A DNA stretch of 64,000 nt from Gemmobacter nectariphilus. Its GTDB lineage: Bacteria > Pseudomonadota > Alphaproteobacteria > Rhodobacterales > Rhodobacteraceae. The stretch is taken from contig DYMU01000002.1 of assembly GCA_020721445.1 (NCBI GenBank), positions 138,085 through 202,084 of the forward strand. Reading direction: 5' to 3'. The translations under genes were made by a program, and so were the position numbers. The notes beneath the pieces are model-generated. The model did not search any database and was not told the DNA's origin. It saw only the letters and a program-made list of their open reading frames with translations. Every line of letters begins with the position of its first letter. The stretch's first letter is position 1. Of the stretch, positions 1-8,631 are shown in pieces.

Positions 1-1943
1 CACTGGACCTGTCGTTTGCCCGCGCCGTGGTGCTGGACGAAGCCGATGAGATGCTGGATCTGGGCTTTGCCGAGGATCTGGAGTTCATTCTGGGGGCGGC
101 ACCCAAGGACCGCCGCACGCTGATGTTCTCGGCCACCGTGCCGAAAGAGATTGAAACGCTGGCCCGCACCTTTCAGCGCGATGCCATGCGGATCATCGCC
201 AAGGGCGAAACCAAGCAACATTCCGATATCCAGTACCGCGCCATGTCGGTGGCGGCGCGTGACCGTGAACATGCGATCTTCAACGCGCTGCGCTATTACG
301 ATGCGCCGACCGCGATCGTGTTCTGCAAGACCCGGATGAACGTCAATCACCTGATGGCAAGGATGAGCAACAGGGGCTTTCAGGTGGTGGCGCTGTCGGG
401 GGAATTGTCGCAGCAGGAACGCACCCATGCGTTGCAATCGCTGCGCGATGGCCGGGCGCGGGTGTGCATTGCCACCGATGTGGCGGCGCGCGGCATTGAC
501 CTGCCGGGGCTGGAGCTGGTGATCCATGCCGACCTTCCGTCGAACTCTGAGACCCTGCTGCACCGCTCGGGCCGCACAGGCCGGGCGGGCAACAAGGGCG
601 TGTCGGCGCTGATCGTGCCGCCGGCCGAGGCGAAAAAGGCCCAGCGTCTGCTGGCCGGGGCCAAGGTTGTGGCCGAATGGGTCAAGGCCCCCAGCGCCGA
701 TGAGGTGCAGGCCAAGGATGACCAGCGCATCCTTGAACATCCGGCCCTGGCCGAGGCTGTCGGCGATGAGGCGGCGATGGTCAGCACGCTGATCGACCGC
801 TTTGGTGGCGAACAGGTGGCCGCGGCCTTTATCCGGCTGTGGCGCGAGGGCCGCTCGGCCCCCGAGGTGCTGTCCGACAGCCTGCCGCCACCGCCCGCAT
901 CCGCCCCGCGGGAACGGGGCGAGTTTGGCCCTTCGGTCTGGTTCAGCCTGACGGTTGGCCATTCCGGCCGGGCCGAGGCACGCTGGATCTTGCCGAAAAT
1001 CTGCGATGGCGCCGGCATTTCCAAGGACGGGATCGGTGCCATTCGGGTCAAGGAAGATGTGACCTATGTGCAGATCGCCGAACCACTGGCGGTGCGCTTT
1101 GGGGCACAGTTGGAACTGGAACCCGGCCTGACCATGTCGCGGATGGAAGGCGAGCCAAGCCTTGACCGGCCCGAACGCACATCCGAACGCGCCCCCGCCC
1201 GTGCCGCGCGCCCGGTGCGCGAAGACCGGCCCGTGCGTGAAGACCGCCCCGCCTATACGCCCAAGCCGTCGCGCATTGTCGAGGATGAAGCGATTGTCGC
1301 GGCGGCACCTGTCCGCAAGGCCTATCCGCCGCGCGACGATGTCGAAGGCCCGGCCGACGCCCCGCGCGACGCTCCGGCCCGCAAACCCTACGCGCCCCGC
1401 GAAGGTGCCGAACGCAAACCTTATGCGCCGCGCGACGGTGCCGAGCGCAAACCCTATGCCCCCCGCGACGGTGCCGAACGCAAACCTTATGCCCCGCGTG
1501 ATGGCGCCGAGCGCAAGCCCTATGCGCCCCGCGCGGCCGAAGGCGACGCGGCCAAGCCGCGTTGGAAGGCCGATGACCGCCCGGCATCTGGGCCCGCCGC
1601 GGGGGCCAGGTTCAAATCGGCGGGCTTCAAGTCGCATGGCGGCAGCGCCGACAAACCGGCCCGCTCGACCGGCTTCAAAAGCCATGCCGCCGAAGGCACC
1701 GGCTACAAGCCGAAAGCCGAGGGCGACCGTGCCGAAAAGCGCACCTATGCGCCCAAGGGTGACGAGGCACGGCCTTACGTGAAGCGTGAGGGCAAGCCCG
1801 CGCCAAAGGCCGGTGGCTTCAAAAGCGCGCCGACCGATGGCAAGAAGCCCTATGCCCGCAAGACCGATGCCCCGGCCCGTACGCGCGCCGATGCCAAGGA
1901 CACCTCCAAGCGGTTCGTGCCGCCGAAAGGCGCCAAGCGCTAA
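1..1943 (+). CDS. DEAD-box ATP-dependent RNA helicase, 5'-truncated by the window edge, with a DbpA-type RNA-binding segment and a long basic repetitive tail
   Basis: ORF track 27..1943; the frame stays open back to nt 3, so the N-terminus is outside the window. Motifs VLDEADEML (DEAD), MFSATVP (SAT), IATDVAARGIDL and HRSGRTGRAG. These are followed by WFSLTVGHSGRAEARWILPKICD...IGAIRV and about 270 aa of Arg/Lys/Pro-rich sequence. Confidence 0.9.
   Translation, partial: LDLSFARAVVLDEADEMLDLGFAEDLEFILGAAPKDRRTLMFSATVPKEIETLARTFQRDAMRIIAKGETKQHSDIQYRAMSVAARDREHAIFNALRYYDAPTAIVFCKTRMNVNHLMARMSNRGFQVVALSGELSQQERTHALQSLRDGRARVCIATDVAARGIDLPGLELVIHADLPSNSETLLHRSGRTGRAGNKGVSALIVPPAEAKKAQRLLAGAKVVAEWVKAPSADEVQAKDDQRILEHPALAEAVGDEAAMVSTLIDRFGGEQVAAAFIRLWREGRSAPEVLSDSLPPPPASAPRERGEFGPSVWFSLTVGHSGRAEARWILPKICDGAGISKDGIGAIRVKEDVTYVQIAEPLAVRFGAQLELEPGLTMSRMEGEPSLDRPERTSERAPARAARPVREDRPVREDRPAYTPKPSRIVEDEAIVAAAPVRKAYPPRDDVEGPADAPRDAPARKPYAPREGAERKPYAPRDGAERKPYAPRDGAERKPYAPRDGAERKPYAPRAAEGDAAKPRWKADDRPASGPAAGARFKSAGFKSHGGSADKPARSTGFKSHAAEGTGYKPKAEGDRAEKRTYAPKGDEARPYVKREGKPAPKAGGFKSAPTDGKKPYARKTDAPARTRADAKDTSKRFVPPKGAKR
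1380..1544 (+). repeat. in-frame 33-nt tandem repeat, 5 copies (RKPYAPR[ED]GAE), inside the helicase tail
   Basis: Read directly: cgcaaaccctacgcgccccgcgaaggtgccgaa, followed by four near-identical 33-nt units that differ mostly at synonymous positions. Confidence 0.85.
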
Positions 1944-2728
1944 GCGCCAAGGCGCGACAGGATTGCGCCATGAAGCGCCGGGTTGGTGGCAATCACCCCC
2001 GGCGCTTTTGCATGCTGGCTGTTGAACCTGATGGCCGCACCGTGCCGGTCGGTCACCCGCGCCCCGGCACATTCGCAGATCAGCGCCCCGGCGGCGATGT
2101 CCCATTCCCAGGTGTCGCGAAAGCTGACCATGCCGTCATAGCGCCCCTCGGCGGCCAGACACATGCGGTAAGCCAGCGAGGTGCGAAAGCTGCGTTTCAG
2201 GTCGGGCACGCCACCGGGCCAGTGGTTCGCCTCCATGTGGCTTTTGGTGGCAAGGATATCGGCCCCGGTCAGATCATCCCGCGTGCTGGCCCGGATCGGC
2301 AGGCCGTTGCACCGGGCCTGCCCACCCGTTTCGCCGGAATAGAGCCGGTTCTTGGCGGGCAGCATCACCACGGCGGCCACAATCCGCCCGGCTTCGGCCA
2401 CCGCCATCGACACCGCGAAATTGTCTTCCCCGGCGATGAAGGCGCGGGTGCCGTCGATCGGGTCGATGATGAAGGTCCGCTGCGCCAAAAGGCGGGCCGG
2501 GTCGTTCGGGCTTTCCTCGGACAGCCAGCCATAGCCGGGCCGCGCGCCCAGCAGCATGGCCTTCAGCATGTCGTTCACGGCGAGATCGGCCTCGGTCACC
2601 GGACCCTGATTGTCGTCCTTGTGCCAGACCTGCACATCATGCCGCCAGAACCGCATGGCAATGGCGCTGGCGCGGTGCGCGGCCTCGGTCAGCAGCGCCA
2701 GATCGGTGGAAAGATCACGCCCCGGCAA
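1940..2728 (-). CDS. inositol monophosphatase / CysQ-family phosphatase
   Basis: 262 aa with WLSEESPND, IIDPIDGTRAF and WEWDIAAG motifs of the IMPase superfamily. Its stop overlaps the helicase stop by 4 nt (convergent genes). Confidence 0.85.
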   Translation of the reverse strand: MPGRDLSTDLALLTEAAHRASAIAMRFWRHDVQVWHKDDNQGPVTEADLAVNDMLKAMLLGARPGYGWLSEESPNDPARLLAQRTFIIDPIDGTRAFIAGEDNFAVSMAVAEAGRIVAAVVMLPAKNRLYSGETGGQARCNGLPIRASTRDDLTGADILATKSHMEANHWPGGVPDLKRSFRTSLAYRMCLAAEGRYDGMVSFRDTWEWDIAAGALICECAGARVTDRHGAAIRFNSQHAKAPGVIATNPALHGAILSRLGA

Positions 2729-4055
2729 GGGTCATCCCATCAATCAGGATCGACGACACGCGGGTGGACAGATGCGCCCGCGCATCATTGGCCGGGATGA
2801 TCCGCAACAGCATGTCGCGCAGATTGCCCGCAATGGTGCATTCGTTGACCGGATACTTGATCTCGCCATTCTCGACCCAAAAGCCCGACGTGCCGCGCGA
2901 ATAATCGCCGGTGGTCGGGTTGATGGTGGACCCGATCATCGAGGTGATCAACAACCCCGTGCCCATCTGCCCGATCAGGTCGGCGCGGCTGTGCGCGCCC
3001 GGCGTCAGGTCGATGTTCGACACCGAAGGCGAAGGCGGCGCCGATGTCCCGCGTGAGGCGTTGGCGGTAGACGGCATCCCCAGCTTGCGCCCGGTGGCAA
3101 GGTCCAGTGTCCAGCCGGTCAGGATACCGTTTTCCACGATCACCCGGCGGCGGGTCGGCAGGCCTTCGCCGTCAAACGGGCGGCTGGCGCTGATGCGGGG
3201 GCGGTGCGGGTCTTCCACCAGCGACAGATGCGCGGGCAGAACCTGCATGCCAAGCGCATCGCGCAACCATGATGCCCCGCGCGCAATCGCCGCCCCGTTG
3301 ATGGCCGAGGTCAGATGCCCGATCAGGCTGGACGCCACCCGTTCGTCAAACAGCACCGGATAGGTGCCGGTTTTCGGTTTCACCGCGCCCGCGCGCTGCA
3401 AGGCGCGTTCGGCGGCCAGTTGGCCAATCCCGTCGGCCCCCGGCATGTCGGCGGCAAAGATCCGGCCCTCGGCGGCCCAATCCCGCTCCATCGCGGTGCC
3501 TTCTCCGGTAAAGGCGACGGCCGACAGCGAATGCGACGTGCGGCCATAGCCACCGGAAAAGCCGTTTGTCGCCGCCAGATGCAAGGCCCGGCGCGAATAG
3601 CTGGCCGAGGCTTCGACCTGGGTGATGCCCTTGCCCTGCATCGCCGCCGCCTCCACCGCGCGGGCGGCAGCTTCCAGCGCGGCAGGGTTTGGTTCGGCGC
3701 TGGGGTCAGACAGTTCCAGCGCCGCCAGATCCCAGTCGCGCGCAATCTGGTCGGGGTCGGCCAGACCGGCATAGGGGTCCGCCGGGGCCTCTGTCGCCAT
3801 CGCGACCGCCCGTTCGGCAAGACGCTGGATCGTGGCATCCGATGTGTCAGAGGCCGACACGCAGGCCTGCCGCCCACCGATCAGCACCCGCAACCCGATC
3901 TCTGCGCCTTCGGACCGTTCCGCCTGTTCCAACGCCCCGGCGCGAATGTCGATGGAAACCGACGTTGCCTGCATCGCCAGGGCATCGGCCTGATCTGCGC
4001 CGGCGCGGCGCGCGGCGGCAAGCAGGGCATCGGTCAGGCGCGAAAGGTCGGTCAT
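2715..4055 (-). CDS. pmbA: TldD/PmbA-family metalloprotease (PmbA/TldE-like)
   Basis: 446 aa; family-typical C-terminal GFWVENGEIKYPV...TIAGNL segment. Start moved from ORF-track 4130 to ATG 4055 (MTDLSRLTDALL...), because the 25 upstream codons look non-coding. Confidence 0.85.
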   Translation of the reverse strand: MTDLSRLTDALLAAARRAGADQADALAMQATSVSIDIRAGALEQAERSEGAEIGLRVLIGGRQACVSASDTSDATIQRLAERAVAMATEAPADPYAGLADPDQIARDWDLAALELSDPSAEPNPAALEAAARAVEAAAMQGKGITQVEASASYSRRALHLAATNGFSGGYGRTSHSLSAVAFTGEGTAMERDWAAEGRIFAADMPGADGIGQLAAERALQRAGAVKPKTGTYPVLFDERVASSLIGHLTSAINGAAIARGASWLRDALGMQVLPAHLSLVEDPHRPRISASRPFDGEGLPTRRRVIVENGILTGWTLDLATGRKLGMPSTANASRGTSAPPSPSVSNIDLTPGAHSRADLIGQMGTGLLITSMIGSTINPTTGDYSRGTSGFWVENGEIKYPVNECTIAGNLRDMLLRIIPANDARAHLSTRVSSILIDGMTLAGA

Positions 4056-4107
4056 GGCAATTTCCTTGCTGTGTCTGCACCGAGGTAGTCCGACAAGGCG
4101 CAGCCTG

Positions 4108-4131
4108 CAAGACAAGACAAGACAAGACAAA
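4108..4131. repeat. pentanucleotide microsatellite (CAAGA)x4 plus a partial copy
   Basis: caagacaagacaagacaagacaaa, read directly. It lies between the pmbA start (4055) and the terminator hairpin of the upstream gene. Confidence 0.8.
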
Positions 4132-4156
4132 GGCCCCCGCTTCCGGCAGGGGCCTT
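4128..4156 (-). terminator. putative intrinsic terminator of the 4175..5674 gene
   Basis: Inverted repeat aggcccc/ggggcct (4131-4137 / 4149-4155). On the minus strand it is followed by TTTGTCTTGTCTTG. Confidence 0.5.
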
Positions 4157-4174
4157 CGGGCCGGACGGTTCGGC

Positions 4175-5674
4175 TTACTTCAGGCGGGTGCCGTTGACGA
4201 AAAGCCCCTTGTCCTTGAACTCGACCTGCGAGGTCAGAACGTCTGGCCCGTCACCCGGCTTGGCGAACATCGCCAGCATCATGCGCAGGCCCATGACGTC
4301 TTGTTCAGGGATCAGACCCATGCTGACCAGCTTGTCGATCAGGCCATTCGCCCCGGTGATTGTCATATCGACCGTCCCGGTCGGCGCCGGCATGCCATCA
4401 AAGGTCACCAGATCGGTGTTGTCGAACGTCACCGACCCGGCCCCTGTCATCGCGGCCCCGGCGGCGCGCAGCACAAGGCTGGTCAGATCAAGGCTGTTGA
4501 TTTCCCCCGCAGGTGCCGCCCCGGCCGCCTGCATCGCCTCGGCATCGAGGATGTCCTGCCTCAGCGTGGCCGTGCCTTTGCTTTCGATGATCAGCGTCGC
4601 CGGGTCGCGCGGCAGGGCGACAGTCGGGTCGAACATGCCCCAGATTTCATCTGACACGGTCAGATCGACAATCCGGGTGCCAAAGGCAAAGGCCGCCGGG
4701 GCAACGGTCCGCAGCACCGGCATCGTCAGGCTGAACCCCGCCTCGCCATAGTTGATCTTCAACTCGGGAAAGGGAATCTCGCCGCCTGAGACCGTCATCG
4801 CCACACCGGTGCCACCGGCATTGTAGGTCATGCTGTCGCCTGCCATTCGGAACAGCAGACTGCCGGTCTGATTTGTCGCCGCCACCTTGACCGGCCGCCC
4901 CTGATCGTCGGTCGCGTTCAATACGAAATCGCCGGCGCCATAGGAAAAGTCCAGGCTTGTGATGAACCCGTCCCGCAGGGCTTGCGCCACGTTCTCCATC
5001 GCTGCGGCGCCCAGGAAATCGCCCGTGGTGGCCAGCTTCACCCCGGCCATGGTGCCCGCCATGTCAAAGGCCTGGCCGTCGCTTTTGCCGGTGGCGGTGA
5101 AGGCGACGCTGTCGATGGTCACATCGCTGTCCAGCGTGCTTTTGCCGCCGCTTTCCGCAAGATTGTAGGTGCCGTTCACATTGCCGAAGGTTGCGTTGAT
5201 ATCGGCCAGCTTTTCGCCGTTGCGCCCGGCCTGAATGGCAAAGCTCGTATTGGGCGCGACGATGGTATAGGCGGTTTGCGCAGCACTTCCGCCTGCGATC
5301 ATTCTGACACCCGGCTGGCTGATGGTGATCGCCAGCTCTTCGGTCGCGCCATCTTCGCCCGGCATGGTCATGGCCAACGGATAGGTTTCCGACATGGTCA
5401 CCTCGACGGTGCCATCGCCCAGATCGCGAAAGCGCACCTCGTCCAGCTTGCCGCTGATCTTGGCGCCGTCCTGATCCATGCTGACCTGCATGCCGCTGAC
5501 CACCAGCGTGTCGCCCTGACGGGTTACGCTGTCGGCGATCATTGCCTGACCATAGGTCGCGCCCATGTTCTGCCAGCCCTGCCACACCTGTTCGGGGGTC
5601 ACTTGCGCCTGCGCCTGCGCGGCGATCAGCAAGGCAAGACAGGCCGATGTGGCCACAACGGAAGACCGGTTCAT
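4175..5674 (-). CDS. secreted hypothetical protein, probably DUF2125 family
   Basis: Start set at ATG 5674 (MNRSSVVATSACLALLIAAQAQAQ, a Sec-type signal peptide). The C-terminus (GANGLIDKLVSMGLIPEQDVMGLRMMLAMFAKPGDGPDVLTSQVEFKDKGLFVNGTRL) matches my memory of DUF2125. The 748-aa ORF-track version has an R/G/H-rich N-terminal extension antisense to the SDR gene and was rejected. Confidence 0.7.
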   Translation of the reverse strand: MNRSSVVATSACLALLIAAQAQAQVTPEQVWQGWQNMGATYGQAMIADSVTRQGDTLVVSGMQVSMDQDGAKISGKLDEVRFRDLGDGTVEVTMSETYPLAMTMPGEDGATEELAITISQPGVRMIAGGSAAQTAYTIVAPNTSFAIQAGRNGEKLADINATFGNVNGTYNLAESGGKSTLDSDVTIDSVAFTATGKSDGQAFDMAGTMAGVKLATTGDFLGAAAMENVAQALRDGFITSLDFSYGAGDFVLNATDDQGRPVKVAATNQTGSLLFRMAGDSMTYNAGGTGVAMTVSGGEIPFPELKINYGEAGFSLTMPVLRTVAPAAFAFGTRIVDLTVSDEIWGMFDPTVALPRDPATLIIESKGTATLRQDILDAEAMQAAGAAPAGEINSLDLTSLVLRAAGAAMTGAGSVTFDNTDLVTFDGMPAPTGTVDMTITGANGLIDKLVSMGLIPEQDVMGLRMMLAMFAKPGDGPDVLTSQVEFKDKGLFVNGTRLK

Positions 5675-5800
5675 AATGCACCTTTCACAAAAATTTCGGG
5701 TTTTGCGCAGTGTCCTATCCGATTGCAGGCCGGTCAAGGCTTTCCGAACCGGGTGGCCTTGGGATAACTGGTTTTTGTCAGACCAGAGGGAGGGCGCGGA

Positions 5801-6547
5801 ATGGACAGCAAAGTGGTGGCAATCACCGGCGCAAGCCGGGGCATCGGCGCGGCGACAGTGCGCGCGTTTGCACAGGCGGGCTGGCGGGTGGCGATGCTGG
5901 CGCGCAGCCTGGACCAGATGACCGAACTGGCCGCCGACATCGGCGAGGCCGCCATGGTGCAGCCCTGCGATGTGGCCGATTGGGCCAGCGTGCAGGCGGC
6001 GGTGCAGGCGGCGCACGCGCGCTGGGGGCGGCTGGATGCACTGATCAACAACGCCGGCGTGATCGACCCGATCGCGCGGATCGAGTCGGTTGATCCCGCC
6101 GCCTGGGGCCACGCCGTCGACATCAACCTGACCGGGGTGCTGCATGGCATGCGCGCGGCAATTCCGCTGATGAAGGCCGCGGGCCGCGGCACCATCATTA
6201 CCGTCAGCTCCGGGGCTGCCACCAACGCCCTGGAAGGCTGGAGCAGCTATTGTGCCGCCAAGGCCGGCGCGGCCATGCTGACCCGCGTCGCCCATCTGGA
6301 GGAAGCGCCGAACGGTTTGCGCATCATGGGGCTGTCGCCGGGCACCGTCGCCACCGACATGCAGGTCAAGATCAAGGCCAGCGGCATCAACCCGGTGGCA
6401 GCCCTGCCCCCCGGCGCGCATATCCCGGCCGACTGGCCTGCCAAATGCCTGCTGTGGATGTGCGGGCCGGGGGGCGATGCATGGTTGGGCAAAGAGCTAA
6501 GCCTGCGTGATGCCCAGGTCCGCCGTGCCATCGGGGTGCTGCAATGA
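5801..6547 (+). CDS. short-chain dehydrogenase/reductase (SDR) family oxidoreductase
   Basis: VVAITGASRGIG Rossmann motif, NNAG, and the S...YCAAK catalytic motif. GAGGGAGGG Shine-Dalgarno upstream. Confidence 0.9.
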   Translation: MDSKVVAITGASRGIGAATVRAFAQAGWRVAMLARSLDQMTELAADIGEAAMVQPCDVADWASVQAAVQAAHARWGRLDALINNAGVIDPIARIESVDPAAWGHAVDINLTGVLHGMRAAIPLMKAAGRGTIITVSSGAATNALEGWSSYCAAKAGAAMLTRVAHLEEAPNGLRIMGLSPGTVATDMQVKIKASGINPVAALPPGAHIPADWPAKCLLWMCGPGGDAWLGKELSLRDAQVRRAIGVLQ

Positions 6548-7164
6548 TCACCGTCACCCGTGCAGACCGCCTGCTGACCCTGACCCTGAACCGCCCCGAA
6601 AAGGCCAATTCCCTGACCCGCCTGATGCTGGAACAGGCCGATGCCGCACTGGTGCAGGCTGATCTGCAAGGCGTGGGTGCGGTGATCCTGACCGGCGCGG
6701 GGCAGGTGTTTTCCGCCGGGGCCGATCTGGACGAGGCCCGCGCCGGGCTGGCCACCGACCCGGTCTGGGAACGGCTGTCGGCACGCATTGCCGACCTGCG
6801 CTGTCTGACGATTGCGGCGCTGAACGGCACTTTGGCCGGTGGCGCGATGGGCATGGTGCTGGCCTGCGACCTGCGTCTGGCAGTGCCATCGGCCAAGTTC
6901 TTCTATCCGGTGATGAAACTGGGCTTTCTGCCACAGCCGTCAGACCCGCGGCGGATGGCGGCGCTGATCGGCCCGGCGCGCAGCAAGATGATCCTGATGG
7001 CCGGCGCGCGGATCACGGCGGCCGAGGCGCTGGACTGGGGCCTGATCGACCGGATCAGCCCGCCCGAGACCCTGCTGCAAGACGCGCAGGCCCTTGCCGC
7101 CGACGCGCTGAACGCTGCGCCAGACCACGTGGCGGCGATCAAGCATCTGGTGCCGATGGTGTGA
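6544..7164 (+). CDS. enoyl-CoA hydratase/isomerase (crotonase) family protein, short form
   Basis: LTLTLNRPEKANSLT and LTGAGQVFSAGADL crotonase signatures. ATGA overlap with the SDR stop. At 206 aa it is shorter than typical family members. Confidence 0.8.
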   Translation: MITVTRADRLLTLTLNRPEKANSLTRLMLEQADAALVQADLQGVGAVILTGAGQVFSAGADLDEARAGLATDPVWERLSARIADLRCLTIAALNGTLAGGAMGMVLACDLRLAVPSAKFFYPVMKLGFLPQPSDPRRMAALIGPARSKMILMAGARITAAEALDWGLIDRISPPETLLQDAQALAADALNAAPDHVAAIKHLVPMV

Positions 7165-7206
7165 TCAGGCGGCGGGGTGATCAGGCGGCGGGGTGATCAG
7201 GCGGCG
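7162..7206. repeat. 16-nt tandem repeat TGATCAGGCGGCGGGG, about 2.8 copies
   Basis: Read directly. Copy 1 starts with the crotonase stop codon (TGA 7162-7164). Copy 3 contains the stop (tca 7197-7199) and last codons of the convergent LacI-family gene. Confidence 0.85.
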
Positions 7207-8228
7207 CGAATGGTGTCGCCGGGCTGCAATGTCGGGGTCAGTTCAACGATCCGACCCGCCGCGCCACCGTCATGCTTGCCGGCGACGATCTCGGCCGCCA
7301 CCCGGCCAATCTCTGACCGACAGGCATCCATCGTGGCAAGCCGGCGCGGCAGACCGTCCAGCAACTCTACCCCGTTGAACCCGGCAAGGCCCAGCTTTCC
7401 GGGCACATCCATGCCCTGCTCAAGGCAATACAAAAGCCCACCCGCCCCGATCATATCGTTGGAGTAATACAGAAAATCGACATCCGGGGTGCGTTTCAGC
7501 ACCGCTTCGGTCATCTCGCGGCCTTTCAGCAAGGCCGATCCGCCGCAATAAAACTCACGGTCCACCAGACCCAGCCCGGCCAGCGCCAGCGCCTCTTCAA
7601 ACCCGGCAAGCCGCTTTTTGGCGCGGTGATCATTGGGCATTTGCGTGCCCAGAAAGGCGATGCGGCGATAGCCTGCCGTGACAATCGCCTCGGCCATCTG
7701 CCGACCTGCGCGCCGGTGCGAAATGCCCACCGCGCTGTCGATCGGCGTGCCGTCGATATCCATGATCTCGACCACCGGAATACCGGCCTGCGCCAGCATT
7801 GCATGGCTGGCGGCGGTGTGTTCCAGACCGGCCAGAATAACGCCCGAAGGCCGCCAGCTCAGCATTTCGTACAGCACCCGCTCTTCCTGGTCGGGGCTGT
7901 AATTCGTAACACCCACCATTGGTTGCAGGCCGGTGTCGTCCAGCGTGCCCGACACCCCTGCCAGCACCTCGGGGAAGACCATGTTCGACAGCGACGGGAT
8001 GATGACGCCCACCAGATTGACCCGTTGGCTGGCCAGCGCCCCGGCGATCTTGTTGGGCACATATCCCAGCCGGCGCGCCGCCTCCAGCACCCGCAGGCGG
8101 GTGGGGGCAGAGACATCGCCGCGCTGACGCAACACCCGGCTGACGGTCATTTCACTTACGCCTGACGCCTCGGAAACGTCACGCAGCGTCAGGGTGCGGC
8201 GTGGATCGGAAAAAGGCGGTTTAGCCAA
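7197..8228 (-). CDS. LacI-family transcriptional regulator, GntR (gluconate repressor)-like
   Basis: N-terminal HTH TLRDVSEASGVSEMTVSRVLRQRGDVS. IIPSLSNMVFPEVL and IPVVEIMD blocks resemble E. coli GntR/IdnR as I remember them. Confidence 0.9.
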   Translation of the reverse strand: MAKPPFSDPRRTLTLRDVSEASGVSEMTVSRVLRQRGDVSAPTRLRVLEAARRLGYVPNKIAGALASQRVNLVGVIIPSLSNMVFPEVLAGVSGTLDDTGLQPMVGVTNYSPDQEERVLYEMLSWRPSGVILAGLEHTAASHAMLAQAGIPVVEIMDIDGTPIDSAVGISHRRAGRQMAEAIVTAGYRRIAFLGTQMPNDHRAKKRLAGFEEALALAGLGLVDREFYCGGSALLKGREMTEAVLKRTPDVDFLYYSNDMIGAGGLLYCLEQGMDVPGKLGLAGFNGVELLDGLPRRLATMDACRSEIGRVAAEIVAGKHDGGAAGRIVELTPTLQPGDTIRAA

Positions 8229-8262
8229 GGAAATCGGCCCTCTGCATCGGGGTGTTTTTTCT

Positions 8263-8277
8263 TGTTAGCGCCAAACA
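8263..8277. promoter_or_regulatory. candidate LacI/GntR-type operator (imperfect palindrome TGTTAGCGCCAAACA)
   Basis: 5 of 7 symmetric positions pair. TGTTA...AACA half-sites resemble GntR-type operators. It lies 35 nt upstream of the regulator's own start. Confidence 0.3.
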
Positions 8278-8466
8278 TCGGCCGTGTCCAAGCCCGTTTT
8301 CCGGTTCGCATTGACGCCAACACCCGGCAATCGGGCCGGCGGCACCCCGGGCATCGTCAGCAGCGGCGTACGGGCTGCAAGCAACGGCAGGCCAATCCAA
8401 CGCGGTGACGTTTCTTTTCCTGATCCGGCTTGAAACGACGTGCCGTTTTGCCCCATAAGGCAGGGG

Positions 8467-8543
8467 GGTCCCGTGGCTCAACTGGATAGAGCAGCCCCCT
8501 CCTAAGGGGCAGGTTACAGGTTCAAGTCCTGTCGGGATCACCA
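8467..8543 (+). tRNA. tRNA-Arg (anticodon CCU)
   Basis: Folded by hand: acceptor ggtcccg/cgggatc, D-arm gctc...gagc, anticodon stem gcccc/ggggc with loop CTCCTAA, T-arm acagg-ttcaagt-cctgt, discriminator A, encoded CCA. Confidence 0.9.
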
Positions 8544-8631
8544 TCATGGTCATGACCTGCTGCCGCGCAGACCACTTGCATCGTCGCCGCCCAGCCGCTA
8601 ACCCCTGCTGCGCTGGTGACCGGAGGCTGAC

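Noticed and set aside
5675-6421. The N-terminal 248-aa extension of the 4175..6421 ORF. Similar upstream extensions affect the pmbA, pheT, dnaN, dnaA, fliI, waaA, mtaB and dapF ORFs.
   Set aside because: The extensions overlap neighbouring genes or intergenic DNA, have atypical composition or low GC3, and precede canonical N-termini or signal peptides. Internal start codons were chosen instead.
7162-7206. A CRISPR array or other spaced repeat array anywhere in the window.
   Set aside because: The only tandem repeats are the 16-nt x2.8 unit here, the 5-nt x4 unit and the in-frame 33-nt x5 unit in the helicase. None has spacers, and no cas genes are present.
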